A stretch of 64,000 nt of DNA, taken from contig NC_043007.1 in assembly GCF_006345805.1 (NCBI RefSeq), positions 53,878,001 through 53,942,000 of the forward strand, given 5' to 3'. The notes under the pieces were generated by a model, which was given only the letters and a program-made list of their open reading frames with translations, was not told where the DNA came from and did no database searches. The position numbers and the translations under genes were made by a program. The DNA comes from Octopus sinensis. Taxonomy: Eukaryota. This document shows, one piece after another, positions 13,901 to 25,790 of the stretch (the first letter of the stretch is position 1; the number at the start of each line of letters is the position of its first letter).

Positions 13901-14447
13901 AGCAACTATACGATAATTTCACAGAACACCTATTGAATATTTTCCTGTACCTGTGAGTGGCTAGAAAGTGTGTCTAGGAGATGCAGGAACATATTCATCA
14001 TCTGAAAGTCTCCACCTTTTGCTTTCACTGGTTTTGCATGTACACATATATACATATTTTGTATTTCATACCCAAATGGTTATATTTAATATATCTAATT
14101 TGTTTATCTACATAATTGCCTTTATATCTGCTCAATGTAATCCCTCTTATAGCCATTATTTACCCAAGGAATTGATCCCTTGTAAAGACACCGGAGTCTA
14201 AGTTTGAATCATTTGAGCACTACTAAGTGCCTTCTATACTGAGATTCTCTGGATTTAAACCCAGCAAGATCTGAAATTAGGCTAGTAGCTAAAAAATTAC
14301 TTAGAAACACTAATAATAAAATTAGAGAAATTACTGGGGGAATTTTTACAAAATATACTAATCTGTCTATAGTTGATTATTTAGATGTTTCCCTAGATCT
14401 GAACAAGCCTTTCCATAAACCTAGTGAAAAACATATATACACAACAG

Positions 14448-14567
14448 TCTTCTTCTTCTTCTTCTTCTTCTTCTTCTTCTTCTTCTTCTTCTTCTTCTTC
14501 TTCTTCTTCTTCTTCTTCTTCTTCTTCTTCTTCTTCTTCTTCTTCTTCTTCTTCTTCTTCTTCTTCT
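14448..14567. repeat. (CTT)n microsatellite
   Basis: About 40 perfect trinucleotide units. Confidence 0.97.
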
Positions 14568-14902
14568 CCCCCTTCTACTTCCTAACTTTATCACTAATGC
14601 TTTTTAGTATAACACCTACGCAAATTCTATAAACAAACCTTTCAATAGAAATATTCTCATGAACTGCTAGCCACCACTGACCATTCAAAATACAACAATC
14701 AAGGCACTCCCAAATCCCCCCCCCATCTCCTCATCATTCTTCTTCTTCTTCTCTACCAAGAATTCACAACGACCACAAGTGTGAACAAGAGAGACAGCAA
14801 GGCAGAAACAAGGAAAATGCCACTTTTATTTGAACACTATACAAATATTCCTTTAACAAAACATTTCTTTTAATTTTTCTAAATTTAATTATTTAATCGT
14901 TA

Positions 14903-14940
14903 CAGTTGAAAAGGTCTCAAAATGACTGAAACCGGTACTG
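14903..14940 (+). ncRNA. Minimal hammerhead ribozyme, U3-A8 core variant
   Basis: CAG-TTGAAAA-GGTC(tcaaaat)GACT-GAAA-C(CG)GT-A-CTG: stem I CAG/CTG, stem II GGTC/GACT, self-complementary stem III ACCGGT, GUA site. Folded by eye. Confidence 0.6.
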
Positions 14941-14988
14941 AAATGTTCTTTATAAAATTATTTTAGCATTTTCTATTTTGACTTATTT

Positions 14989-15024
<36 letters not shown>

Positions 15025-15283
15025 CAAGTTTACAGAAAACAAAAGACAAAGACAGGTGTATTAGTTTGAGGCTCAGGAAGAATAGAAAAAGTTTTGATGT
15101 TTTGAGCCTACAGTCTTTGAGAGAAAGAGATAAGAGTAAAAAATGGAGAGTGAATGAAAAAAACAGAGTGAGAAAAAATGTGTGTGTGTGTACACATGCA
15201 TGCATGTATGTGTGTGTGTGTGTGTGTATTGCTTAGGAATTGTGTTACTAATGAGTATTTTACAAAATTCTATAGAGAATATG

Positions 15284-15369
<86 letters not shown>

Positions 15370-15427
15370 AACACACACATATACATTTACAAATTCTATT
15401 GGTTTTCTCTTTTTTTTATCTTTTCAG

Positions 15428-15629
15428 ATTTTCAATAAATCTGAAGTTTGGCTGTGAAACACCTTTCCATTTGGATGTCCGTTTCCATTATGGAGCCTCT
15501 CGAAATACTGTTGTCTGTAACAGTTATATTTTTGGTGCTTGGGGAAATGAAGAAGTTCACTCTCATTTCCCCTTTTCCTGTGGTAATTCATTTGAAATAA
15601 AGATAATTGAGACACCACATATGTACAAG
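15428..15629 (+). CDS. Galectin, central W-exon (FSINLKFGCETPFHLDVRFHYGASRNTVVCNSYIFGAWGNEEVHSHFPFSCGNSFEIKIIETPHMYK)
   Basis: Acceptor ttttttatcttttcag at 15427; donor AAG|gtatgc at 15630. Galectin motifs H-x-D-x-R-F, V-x-N-S, W-G-x-E, FPF..G..FEI.I. 202 nt, phase 2 to phase 0. Confidence 0.93.
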
Positions 15630-15954
15630 GTATGCAAAGCTCTCAGACATTTACTGATAAAGATTATTTCATTTCTTATGTCAAATGGGTAACAGTTAAT
15701 ATATTGCATTGATGTGCTTATTTTGTTCATAATCATGCTAGATATAGTTTATTGAAGAGTTATTAGTAACAACTACACTTTCAGAATATTCTCCTCCACT
15801 GCTAATTAAGTCACCTAGGTAATATATGTCTTCCTATTTATAAAAATCTAAGATGCTAAAAAAAAAAGTATTCAATTAGTATCTTAAAAATCTAGTGTGT
15901 CAAAATGGTTGCAACGATCATCATTTCTGTTTTACATCTTTTATCCTTTATCTT

Positions 15955-17140
15955 TTATTTATTTTAGACATTAGACTGAGCTCATGCTGGGGCTTGACCT
16001 TGGAGAATTTTTTAATCGAATAAATTGACCCCAGTACTTATGTTTTTTTTTAAACCTGGTATTTGGACAACTTCCAGAGATCCCTGGCCTGGCCGTGCTT
16101 CCGAGAAGCGCTACCCATTCGGGATAAGCTCTACAGACACGGCTCGAGAAACATGGGGCCGACCTGCCCGAGATGCGGGCAGAGTGATGAAACCATTCTG
16201 CATGCACTCGTTCAGTGTCCAACCATTTCCGACCAATGGGCTTATGTCGAATGACTGCTGTCACGTGTGGGACGAGTCAGTTTATCAGCCGAGTCTATGA
16301 TCAATATTGTCATGCCTCCTTCCTTCAAACGGGAAGGAAGAGCTATTTTCATCATACTTGTGGCTATGGTGAAAAAATGGTGGATGCGTCTGAAAGGATT
16401 AGAGATAAACACTTTCCTCTACGGTCAATCTCTCATCAACTTCTTCAAGTATCACTTGAAAAGGAAAGTGAGAGTAGAGAGGCAAGTTTTGTCTAGTGAA
16501 TGTTTCAAAATAAGATGGGTGAATGTAGCAAGGATGGCACGTATGAATGACGAAACCACCTTGTGCTTAATCCTATGAACCCAGAAAAATTTAAAACAGA
16601 GAGTTACTTACTTGCAAACAAATGTTTTAACATGTGACATAATTGACCAAGGTTACCGTGGTCTTTTCTGTAGGCTTTTCTTTCCATGGATAAACCTTAT
16701 CTGTTTCCCCCTTTACATTTTACATCATGACATTTCTGTGATAAACGATCCCTATTGATGGTTTTTTTTTTACAATCCCTTTTGATCGAAAACATACCCC
16801 CCCCTTTTTTTCTCCCCAAAAAGAAAAGTTCTACTTTGTAATTTGTCCCCTCTGTGTTCAGCCCTGTGTGGCTAATAAAGAAACATATCTGTCTGTTTTG
16901 CAAAACCACTAAGTTATGGGGATGCAAGCATACCAGCAGTAGTTGTCAAGCAGGGGTGGGGCACAAACACAGACACACACACACAGGCTTCTTTCAGTTT
17001 CCATCTACCAAATCCACTCACAAGGCCTGAAGCTATACTAAAAGACACTTACCCAAGGTGCTACACAGTGTGACTGAACCTGGAATCATGTGGTTGAGAA
17101 GCAAGCTTCTTACCACACAGCCACAACTGCAGCTATATCC
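15955..17140 (-). mobile_element. tRNA-derived SINE interrupted by a Tx1-like insertion
   Basis: SINE tail at 15955-16065; SINE body and head resume at about 16885-17140. Confidence 0.75.
16070..16885 (+). mobile_element. 5'-truncated Tx1/L1-clade LINE (C-terminal CCHC domain plus 3' UTR)
   Basis: REALPIRDKL..TCPRCGQSDETILHALVQCP..W matches the L1/Tx1 ORF2 cysteine-rich domain; 3' end gtggctaataaagaaa. Confidence 0.75.
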
Positions 17141-17269
17141 TGAAATTATGTACATACATTTTTCTTTGTAAATAACTTGAAAGAGTAGAAATGTTATAGC
17201 ACTTTAAAATTGCTGGTGGTTATACCGTTTTTAAAACTATGTTATAGCACTTTTTAGACTACATAGTTA

Positions 17270-18050
17270 CCTGGGGAAGAGATCAGGATGATGTCTTGAA
17301 AACAAGAGTCATGAGAGGAGCAGACTGCTCTACTGACCACCAATTGTCACTTTTGACTTCAAGAAGAGAAGCATAAAGAAAATAAGCCAACCAAAAAATA
17401 AGCTAAACATCATGAAACTTACAGATCTCAAAATGAAACAGGAATTACAGGAACAGTTGGAAGGCTTTGGAAAGATGAGAAAATAAGGGAAACAAAGGAC
17501 TTGCGGGAAAATGGAACATCTTAAAAATAACTACATATGAGACTGCTCAACAAGACTTAGGCAAACCACTGGGAAAACATCAAGATCAGTTCAACAAGAA
17601 CAACATCCATCTACAGACCCTGCTAAAGGGAAGAAATGTTGCAAAGGTAAGGCAGATAAATTACAACACAAGGTCAAACAGAAAAACTGGTGGAAGCAAG
17701 AAGGAAGCTGCAACAATATATGAGGAAACTGAAACAGAAGTACAGCATTATACTGATAAAAATGATATGAAAACCTTTTATTCAGGACTTTGAGAGTTAT
17801 ACGAGCTACAGAGAAGAGGCACAACAAAACTCATAGCTCTTGATGACAAAACAGTATTCCAGGAAAAATCTGAGATCCTTGATAGATTTGCCAATCACTT
17901 TGACAGTCTGCTTAATATCTCAGGCATACACAAGCACACATGCATGCTGGTGCACATGCATGTGCACAAACAGACAAAAGGAACATAACTCCAATAACAG
18001 ACAGAATCAACATCCATTAACAAGGTTGCAAAAGCAACAAAAATTCTAGA
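17270..18050 (+). mobile_element. RTE-BovB-like LINE remnant
   Basis: TRVMRGADCSTDHQL (end of the APE domain) and downstream linker homology; many stops. Confidence 0.6.
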
Positions 18051-18079
18051 AAAGACAAAATATGAATAATAAATGAGTG

Positions 18080-19181
18080 GAAATTGAACCAGTGAGGCAT
18101 CTCTCTCAAAGTAAAAGGTAAACTGTATGACGCAATTGTACAAACAGCCATGCTACATGGCAGTGAAACATGGGCTGTGACTGCTGAGGATATGCGTAAG
18201 CTCGCAAGAAATAAAGCCAGTATGATCCGATGGATATGTAATGTATGCTCGACAGAGTGTAATTATCTTGAGAGAAAAGTTGGACCTAAGTAGCATCAGA
18301 TGTGGTGTGCAAGAGAGACGACTGCGCTGGTATGGTCATGTAGCGAGAATGGATGAGGATAGTTGTGTGAAAAAGTGAGGGAACCTAACCCTAACCCTAA
18401 CCCTAACCCAGGAAGACCTGGGATGAAGTGGTGAAGCATGACCTTCAAACTTTAGGCCTCACCAAGGAAATGACTGAGACTTTGGGAAATATGCTGTGCT
18501 TGAGAAGAACCAGCAAGCCAAGTGAGACCATAACCTCATGGCCTATACCAGGGGTGTAACCAGCTCACTTATGTGTACCTTTCCTTCTTTGGACACTAAA
18601 CCCTGCTTGCAAAGACCTGTTGAGGCAAGTGAAATCAAAATCAAATTCGATGACTGGCATCTGTGCTAGTGGGGCACTAAGAGCACCATACGAGCGTGAT
18701 TGTTGACAGAGCAGCTAACTGGCTCTGGTGGCACATAAAAGGCACCATTCAAGCAGGATCGTTACCAGCGTTGCCTTACTGGTACTTGTGCCCCGTGCTA
18801 GTGGGGCACTAAGAGCACCATCCGAGCATGATCGTTGCCAGAGCGGCTAACTGGCTTCTGTGCCGGTGGCATGTAAAAGGCACTATTCAAGCATGATCAT
18901 TACCAGCGTCGCCTTACTGGCACTTGTACCAGTGGCACATGAAAAAATATTTGAGTGAGGTCGTTGCCAGTACCGCCTGACTGGCCCCCATGCTGGTGGC
19001 ACGTAAAAGCACCCACTACACTCTCAGAGTGGTTGGCATTAGGAAGGGCATCCAGCTGTAGAAACTCTGCCAGATCAAGACTGGAGCCTGGTGCAGCATT
19101 CTGGTTCGCCAGTCCTCAGTCAAATCGTTCAACCCATGCTAGCATGGAAAGCGGATGTTAAACGATGATGATGATGATGAT
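18080..19181 (+). mobile_element. RTE LINE 3' part
   Basis: KGKLYDAIVQTAMLHGSETWAVTAEDMRKLARN; 3' UTR with internal repeats; (GAT)n tail ttaaacgatgatgatgatgatga. Confidence 0.88.
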
Positions 19182-19199
19182 ATTTATATACATATATAT

Positions 19200-20135
19200 A
19201 CATTTTGGAACAATGCATCAACAGTCAGTGGTGACCTGTTGCCTTCTTCAGTTGACAACTACAACCACCTGAACAGAAATACAGTGCTTTTGACAAAGAA
19301 TTGCTAGCTGTCCATCTCGGTTCTCATCACTTTCACTATTTTCTCAAAGGTTGCGCTTTCACGGTGTTCACAGACCACAAACCACTCACCTCCACTATGA
19401 GCAAGCTCTCAGAGCCTTGGCCTGCACATCAACAGCAATAGTTATTAGCCATGGATATTCAACACATAACTGGAAAAGGCAATTCAGTTACTGATGCACT
19501 ATCTTGAACCCCTACTGGCTCAGACACCTACATTAGCCTTCAGTAACAGAAGGCCTGGATTATGAGGCTATGGCTGCAGTCCAACAGACAGATGATGAAA
19601 TCAGGGCCTACTGCACTACCATCACCTCTCTTTCCTTGCAGGATGTGCACTTTGGCTTCAATGGCACAACCCAACTTTGTGATGTACCCACTGGGAAGCC
19701 ACAACCCAACTTTGTGATGTACCCACTGGGAAGCCACAACCAATCATCTCATTAGCCTGATGCCGGAAGGTTTTTGACATCATCCATGGGCTGTCCCACC
19801 CAGGTACTAAAGCCACACAGTGCCTGCTGGCAAGCAAACTTATCTGGCACAGTATGGTCAAGGAAATTGGGGAGTGGGCTGAGACCTGTATCCCCTGTCA
19901 ATAAGCCATGGTCCATCGGCACACCAAAGCACCCCTCAGTAGCTTAGCTTGTACCACCACGGGCACATTTCAGCTATGTCAGCATTGACCTTGTTGGCCC
20001 CCTACCAACCTTCACAAGGTTGCTCGTACTTACTAACCTTGGTAGACTGCTGCACTCATTGGACTAAGGCTATTCCACTCCGTAGCTCAGAAACATAGGA
20101 AGTCAACTGGGCCTTCATCACAAACTAGGTTGTCC
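19200..20135 (+). mobile_element. Decayed Gypsy pol fragment (RNase H - integrase) in galectin intron
   Basis: AFDKELLAV, FTVFTDHKPL, GKGNSVTDALS, IIHGLSHPGTKAT..CIPCQ, SIDLVGPLP; no LTRs seen. Confidence 0.8.
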
Positions 20136-20284
20136 TGTAGGTATATTAAGGATTTGCTATGGACTTGGATTAAGAATTTTATGATTTTTTTTTCATAGAA
20201 AATGACTTTATTTTTTCAAAATTTGATTTAATTTCAGTGTTTAAACATGCATGATTTAATGGAATTTTTTCTTTTACAATCTAG

Positions 20285-20401
20285 GTTTTAGTCAATGGAC
20301 ACCACTACCTAAACTTCAACCACCGATTTCCAGCATATAATCAAGTGAACAAATTAGAGATTGAAGGAGATGTTGTGCTCACTTTAGTTGAATTCAAATA
20401 A
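20285..20401 (+). CDS. Galectin, terminal exon (VLVNGHHYLNFNHRFPAYNQVNKLEIEGDVVLTLVEFK*)
   Basis: Acceptor ttcttttacaatctag at 20284; phase 0 matches the previous exon. Classic galectin C-terminus V.VNG.H...F.HR.P......L.I.GDV.L; stop TAA 20399-20401. Confidence 0.93.
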   Translation, partial: VLVNGHHYLNFNHRFPAYNQVNKLEIEGDVVLTLVEFK

Positions 20402-20412
20402 ATCTTTGTGTT

Positions 20413-20418
20413 AATAAA
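20413..20418 (+). promoter_or_regulatory. Candidate polyadenylation signal (AATAAA) of the galectin gene
   Basis: AATAAA 12 nt after the stop codon, with TG/T-rich sequence downstream; other AATAAA motifs could be used instead. Confidence 0.4.
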
Positions 20419-20780
20419 CACATGATGTATGTAACATTGCTCAAGGAGAAAATAATTACAATTCATGTTGAATACTATATTAAATTTGAGAACTGAGGAA
20501 ATATTATTTGAAGAGTTATTGAATAACGAAAGAGAAAATTGAAAATTTTTTGGTATTATTTATTCACTGTTACATGTGTTTCATTTGCTAATATGAATTA
20601 CAAAGCTTTATGTGTTAAATAGACATGTAAGGAAACTCCTAGTAGAAATTTTTCAGGCAGAGAAATTGAATAATTTGGATGAAGTGTTTATATATAGTTA
20701 GTAATCTGGAGCAGTATTGATAGTTCATGTGAAAGAAGAAAAGAAAGGGGGAAATGTGCATGCAAACACACGCACACACA

Positions 20781-21600
20781 TTCAAATACTTTCTTGAACA
20801 CATTCGTATCTATCGTTCAGTCCTCTATTTTATTTTATTTGTCGTAGAAGATACTTTCCATCTCATTCTTCTAATGAAGGAGCTTGTACTGGCTGTTATT
20901 AGCTTTAAATATTCATTTTTGGATGGATTTGGTATGTCTTTTAGTGAGAAATCTAGATTTAGCTTCTCCATCCTTTTGACCAGAAATAGCACTCTGATAT
21001 AAAAAGTGACTTCGACCAGTTACTTGACAACGACAAAAACCAAGTAACTGGTCGAAGTCACTTTTTATATCAGAGTGCTATTTCCGGTCAAAAGGATGGA
21101 GAAGCTAAATCTAGATTTTTCATACCAAATCCATCCAAAAATGAAGATTTAAAGCTAATAACAGCCAGTACATGCTCCTTCATTCGAAGAATGAGATGGA
21201 AAGTATTCTTCTACGACAAAGAAAATAAAAATAGAGGACTGAACGATAGATATGAATGTGTTCCAGAAAGTATTTGAATCACCAAGGAATCCACCTGCAA
21301 ATCATCACGTAACACCATTCGAGGAAGAACTATACAAAATAATACGTAATCTCAAATTCAGGTAGTACCTGGCAAAGAGAAATAAACATCAGCAGAAACT
21401 GAGTAAAATATTGAAGATCTTTAAAGAAACAAAAGGAATAATTGTGCAAGTGGACAAAATTGGCAACCTTTATATTGTAGACAATACACTTTACAACAGT
21501 TTACTAAGAAAAGAAATACTCAGCAAATATAAACAGGCACCCAGCAACACTTTAGATAAAATAAATAAAAATGGATTGGAAACAGTAAGATAGTTAGGGA
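20781..21600 (+). mobile_element. Penelope-like fragment with long fold-back end
   Basis: Inverted arms 20781-21026 and 21041-21278; the right arm continues into PLE-like FIRRMRWKVFF..TPFEEELYKIIRNLKFR and IIVQVDKIGNLYIVD. Confidence 0.7.
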
Positions 21601-21833
21601 TTAATGATCATAAAAAAGCTGCCTAACTGTACTTACTCTTCCTTTTAACTCTTTTACTTTTTACTTTTTATTTTCACACACAAGGAATACCTAAGACTAG
21701 AATTGGTAGCATACCATAAGAATACTACCGGCTATTTGAGAATTCTGAGGGTGAATGAGCTCTATTTGTACTCGTATACATTCTTAATAGAATACACCTC
21801 AACTATATATATATGTGTGTGTATATATATATA

Positions 21834-21889
<56 letters not shown>

Positions 21890-21894
<5 letters not shown>

Positions 21895-22460
21895 CAACAA
21901 TTGAGAGTAAAATTAATTAATTAATCAATTTCACCAAGTGTTCAGTATGTAAAAGGACCATTTAAGGCGAATTCAAAATATTACATTATATAATTAGGGC
22001 TTAGTAAAATAAATTACTTTGCCACATTCAGTATGTGGCAAAGTAATATATATATATAATATATATATATGATAAAAGGCAGATTTTCTCTGCCTGTTCC
22101 CATGTTTCTTTTTAATACAATTCTACAATATAGAATTTCTTCAATTGGAATTTACCTACGATTTTTCCAAGTAGATTCCATTGGGTCATGGCATGTAAAG
22201 TTTTTTCAATTTGACCCCAAATTAAGCAAAAATTCGAGAAAATTCAATATTTTACGATTTGCCTCACTCATTTCAAGTGGTTTACTCCTGCTATTACCAC
22301 CACACTTTCTCCTACTTTCTCTTTGCAAGTGTGAAACTATTAAAGTGAAAGTATTATATAACAGGGATGAGCCATTAATAGTGGTCATCCTTTTTGCTAG
22401 AGGAAGATCCGCTATGGTCTTATATGCTACTCCACTGGTTTTCAATTCATATTAATCAAA
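21890..22460 (-). mobile_element. Penelope-like terminal fragment
   Basis: Starts at a (TA)n tract; end region similar to 23370-23500; small hairpin at 22013-22047; family assignment tentative. Confidence 0.45.
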
Positions 22461-22483
22461 TTAATATTCAATTTTTCACCCTT

Positions 22484-22509
<26 letters not shown>

Positions 22510-22516
<7 letters not shown>

Positions 22517-23363
22517 TAGCAATTCATATAAAATTGCATCAATGACTTGAAATTGAATAAGTGGTTTCACATAAATGGGGATAAATTAAAAAGGTTTGTT
22601 GTTATTATTATTACTGTTTGACTATTGTAATCATGTTTGTTGGTTCCTCGTCAGGGAAACGTTGTTGTGTTGCATTTGTTAAATAATTGTAAACCGTAAC
22701 CCTCCCCCTTTCGGAAAAGGGGCTTTGGTTATTGTTTAAAAATTGAATTGTGTCCCTGTTTGGGGAAATTGACATTATTTTCACCGTCTTTACGGAAACA
22801 TTTTTGTTAAAATGCCTTTGATAGAAGAAAGTAAAAAAATGAATTTCGGTGCAGCCATACACTTCTATACAAGAGGGAGAACAAGATACAATTGATCGAA
22901 ATTGCAAGAGACGGGCCTACAATTCCAGTCTGTTATATATTTTGAGTATTGTTATCCCTTGCGATATCAAGATATAACTTTGTATTTTGTATTTTATGTG
23001 TAGACGTATATATATAGATGTACATGTAATATGTACACATATATATATACACATATATACATGCATAATATATCTACCCATACACACATACGCGCGCGCA
23101 CACACACACACACATACATAGGAGCAGGTGTGGCTGTGTGGTAACAAACTACGTTCCAAACACATGGTCCTGGGTTTAGTCCCAGTGTGGTGACTTGGCA
23201 TGTGTCTTCTGCTGTAGCTTCAGACCAACAAAAGCCTTCTCAGTGGATTTTGTACATATATATGTACAAAATCCACTGATACATATATATACATGCATAC
23301 GTACATATTCGAACAGTACTTTCAAGCAATTCAGCCCCGAGCATCGCCGGGCAATTCTGCTAG
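22510..23363 (+). mobile_element. Non-autonomous Helitron copy (with SINE fragments)
   Basis: 22510-22580 matches 44150-44220 and 22850-23060 matches 48835-49035; 3' hairpin cccgagcatcgccggg, then CTAG|T. Confidence 0.75.
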
Positions 23364-23483
23364 TCAATAATAATATTGGCAAAATTAATTAATTAATTCA
23401 TAATTAATAATTTTACCAAGTAGTTCAGAATGTTAAAAGAACCATTATTGGTAAACTTAAACAAATCTTCGATAATTATAAAC

Positions 23484-23779
23484 ATAATTATAATTAGGGT
23501 TCTGCAAAATTGCTTCACCACATACCGAAATTTAGAAATAGCAGTTAAATGCTATTCTACTACCATAAGATATCTCCCAGACAGCAATACTCCCAACTCA
23601 CGCAGGCAAAGAGAAAAAATAACGAAGCCAGCCGGGTGGATTCGTTATTTTTTTCTCTTTGCTTGGATGAGAGTGTTCCTGTCTGGGAGATATGTAATGG
23701 TAGCAGAATAGTATTTAACTGCTATTTCTAAATTTCGGTAAGTGGTGAACCAATTTTGCTGAACCCTAATTATAATTAT
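23484..23779. repeat. Fold-back (about 140-bp arms, 14-nt loop)
   Basis: Arm ending agaaaaaataacgaa, loop gccagccgggtgga (23627-23640), arm starting ttcgttattttttct. Confidence 0.9.
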
Positions 23780-23824
23780 AGAATTTTTTTGTGTGTATAT
23801 ATATATATATATATATAAATCTTT

Positions 23825-25790
23825 AAAAATGTTTCAGCTCAAAGGCTGCAGCCATGCTGGGGCACCACCGTTGAATGAACTACACTAGTATGTGAAACCA
23901 CCTCTGATATATGGTACTTGATTAACAAGGGAGTTTGATGCTGCTGCCTGCATCTGTGTTTCCTGCCGAGAGGTAGGTTCATCTGGGACCCCCGACAAGA
24001 AGAGATCCAGATTAGTTTTAAAGAAACCCACATCCACATCATGCAAGTCTCTCAGGCATTTAGGGAGGATGCTGAAGAGCCGTGGTCCTCTGAAACCCAA
24101 GCTGTTGCAGTATCTGGTCCTGTATTTTAATGGTGATGTTGGAATCTTTGGCACCATGCTGTGGTGCCCCGTTCTGCAGTTGGGGCAACTTTGAATGCCA
24201 AAGTCTGGGACAAGACCCTCCAGGATTTTCCAGATGTATATCACTGCATATCTCTCCCGCCTTCGCTCCAGGGAGAAGAGGTTTAATACTTTCAGTCTTT
24301 CCCAGTAGCTGATATGTTGCATTGAGACGATCTTCTAAGTGTAGCTTCGCTGGATTGCTTCGAGTTCTGCTGTTAGCTTTATATTGTGTGGTGACCATAG
24401 TTGGGAGCAGTAGTCCAAGTGGCTGAGGATGAACGTCTTCCAAAGGACCACCAGTGTCTCCTTCTCTCTTGTTCTGAAAGTTCGGAGAATCCATCCAGCT
24501 AGCCGTCTGCATTTTATCACCAAATTAGTAATATGCACTTGGAAAGATGCATCATTGCTCATGTCAATGCCCAGGTCATGCACTGATTTTGACTCAGGAA
24601 TTACAGTTCTTCCCGGGCCAGTGTATCCAGTCTGCATATCGTTTACCTTTGTGTGCCGGTAGCGCAGGGCCTGGAACTTCCCTGCATTAAACTGCATGTT
24701 GTTGTCCTCAGCCCACCTGTATATTGTATCTAACTCCCATTGCAGATGTGCAATATTTCCAGGGTCTTGTATTGTGTGGGAGACTTTTGTGTCATCTGCA
24801 TAGCTAGCAAGGGTGGCCATCTTAGCAACTGAGGACATGTCTGAAAGGGCCACTATGAACAGCAGTGGCCCTAGATAGTGCCCTGTGGAACACCGCTTGT
24901 TATTTGCGTTTCCTTGGAGGTGGCTCCATTGGCCACAACTGCCTGCCTTCTATCTTTTAGGAAGTTGTGCAGCCACTCTTCAAGTTTTCCGCCTATGCCG
25001 AGACCACGCAGTTTGTGACAGATCATGGTCGACTTTATCAAAGGCTTTTGCAAAGTCGAGATATATCACATCTACATTTGAGCCATTTAGTAGCTGTTTT
25101 AACACCCAGTCATAGTGTTGCAGGAGCTGTGTTTGGTAGCTCCTACCTGGTTGAAATCCATGCTGGGTGTCAGTCAGCAAGTCATTTTCTTCAAGGAACA
25201 TGATTAGTTTCTTGCGGACTATTCGTTCCATGACTTTGCTGATGTGTGAGGTCAGAGAGATAGGCCTATAATTTTTAGCATCTTATCTGCTTCCTCCCTT
25301 ATGGATAGGGCATATTACCCCCTCTTTCAATTTGACTGGGAGCTTATCACTTGCAAGAAAGCTCTGAAAAAGAAGCTGTAGCGGTTTTGCAAGGGCCCGT
25401 TTGCACGATTTGAGAAGGATCGCTGGAAATCCATCAGATCAGCAGCTGAATTTGTGTCAATCTCATCTATGGCCAGTGCGATATCATCATCTTCAATGTT
25501 GATGTACTCAATTTTTGCCTCTTTGGCCACAGGTAAAGTGGCAAAGAATTCTTATGGTTTGTTTACTTGCCTGTGTCCTAGAGCTGTAGTGAACACACTT
25601 TGGAACTGTTCGTTCAGTATTTCACTTATCCTCATGGGATTTCCAGTGAGGGAGCCATCTTTTTGGAAGAGAGGTCCTATTCTCTGGTGCACTGTGGCTG
25701 TCTCTTTGGCAAACTTAAAGAAAGCTTTAGGGTTTGACTTTATATTTTCTATTACCCAAGCTTCTTTATCTGCTCTCTCCTTTTCATATA
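23825..25790 (-). mobile_element. CR1-clade LINE, 5'-truncated
   Basis: IYLDFAKAFDKVDH, SGVPQG, YADDTK, HLDYCSQLWSP, LFSLERRRERY; 3' end ggtgccccagcatggctgcagc; frameshifted. Confidence 0.92.

Larger units (their letters stand above)
14200..14990 (+). mobile_element. Penelope-like element remnant (RT end plus terminal repeat)
   Basis: YLDVSLDLNKPFHKPSEKHIY resembles the PLE RT motif FLDV.LDL..KPF.KP; ends in a hammerhead-like motif followed by (TA)n. Confidence 0.6.

Noticed and set aside
13968-14201. PSYSHYLPKELIP as a possible extra galectin N-terminal exon
   Set aside because: No suitable splice sites, it borders a Penelope remnant, and exon 796-881 already supplies the correct phase.
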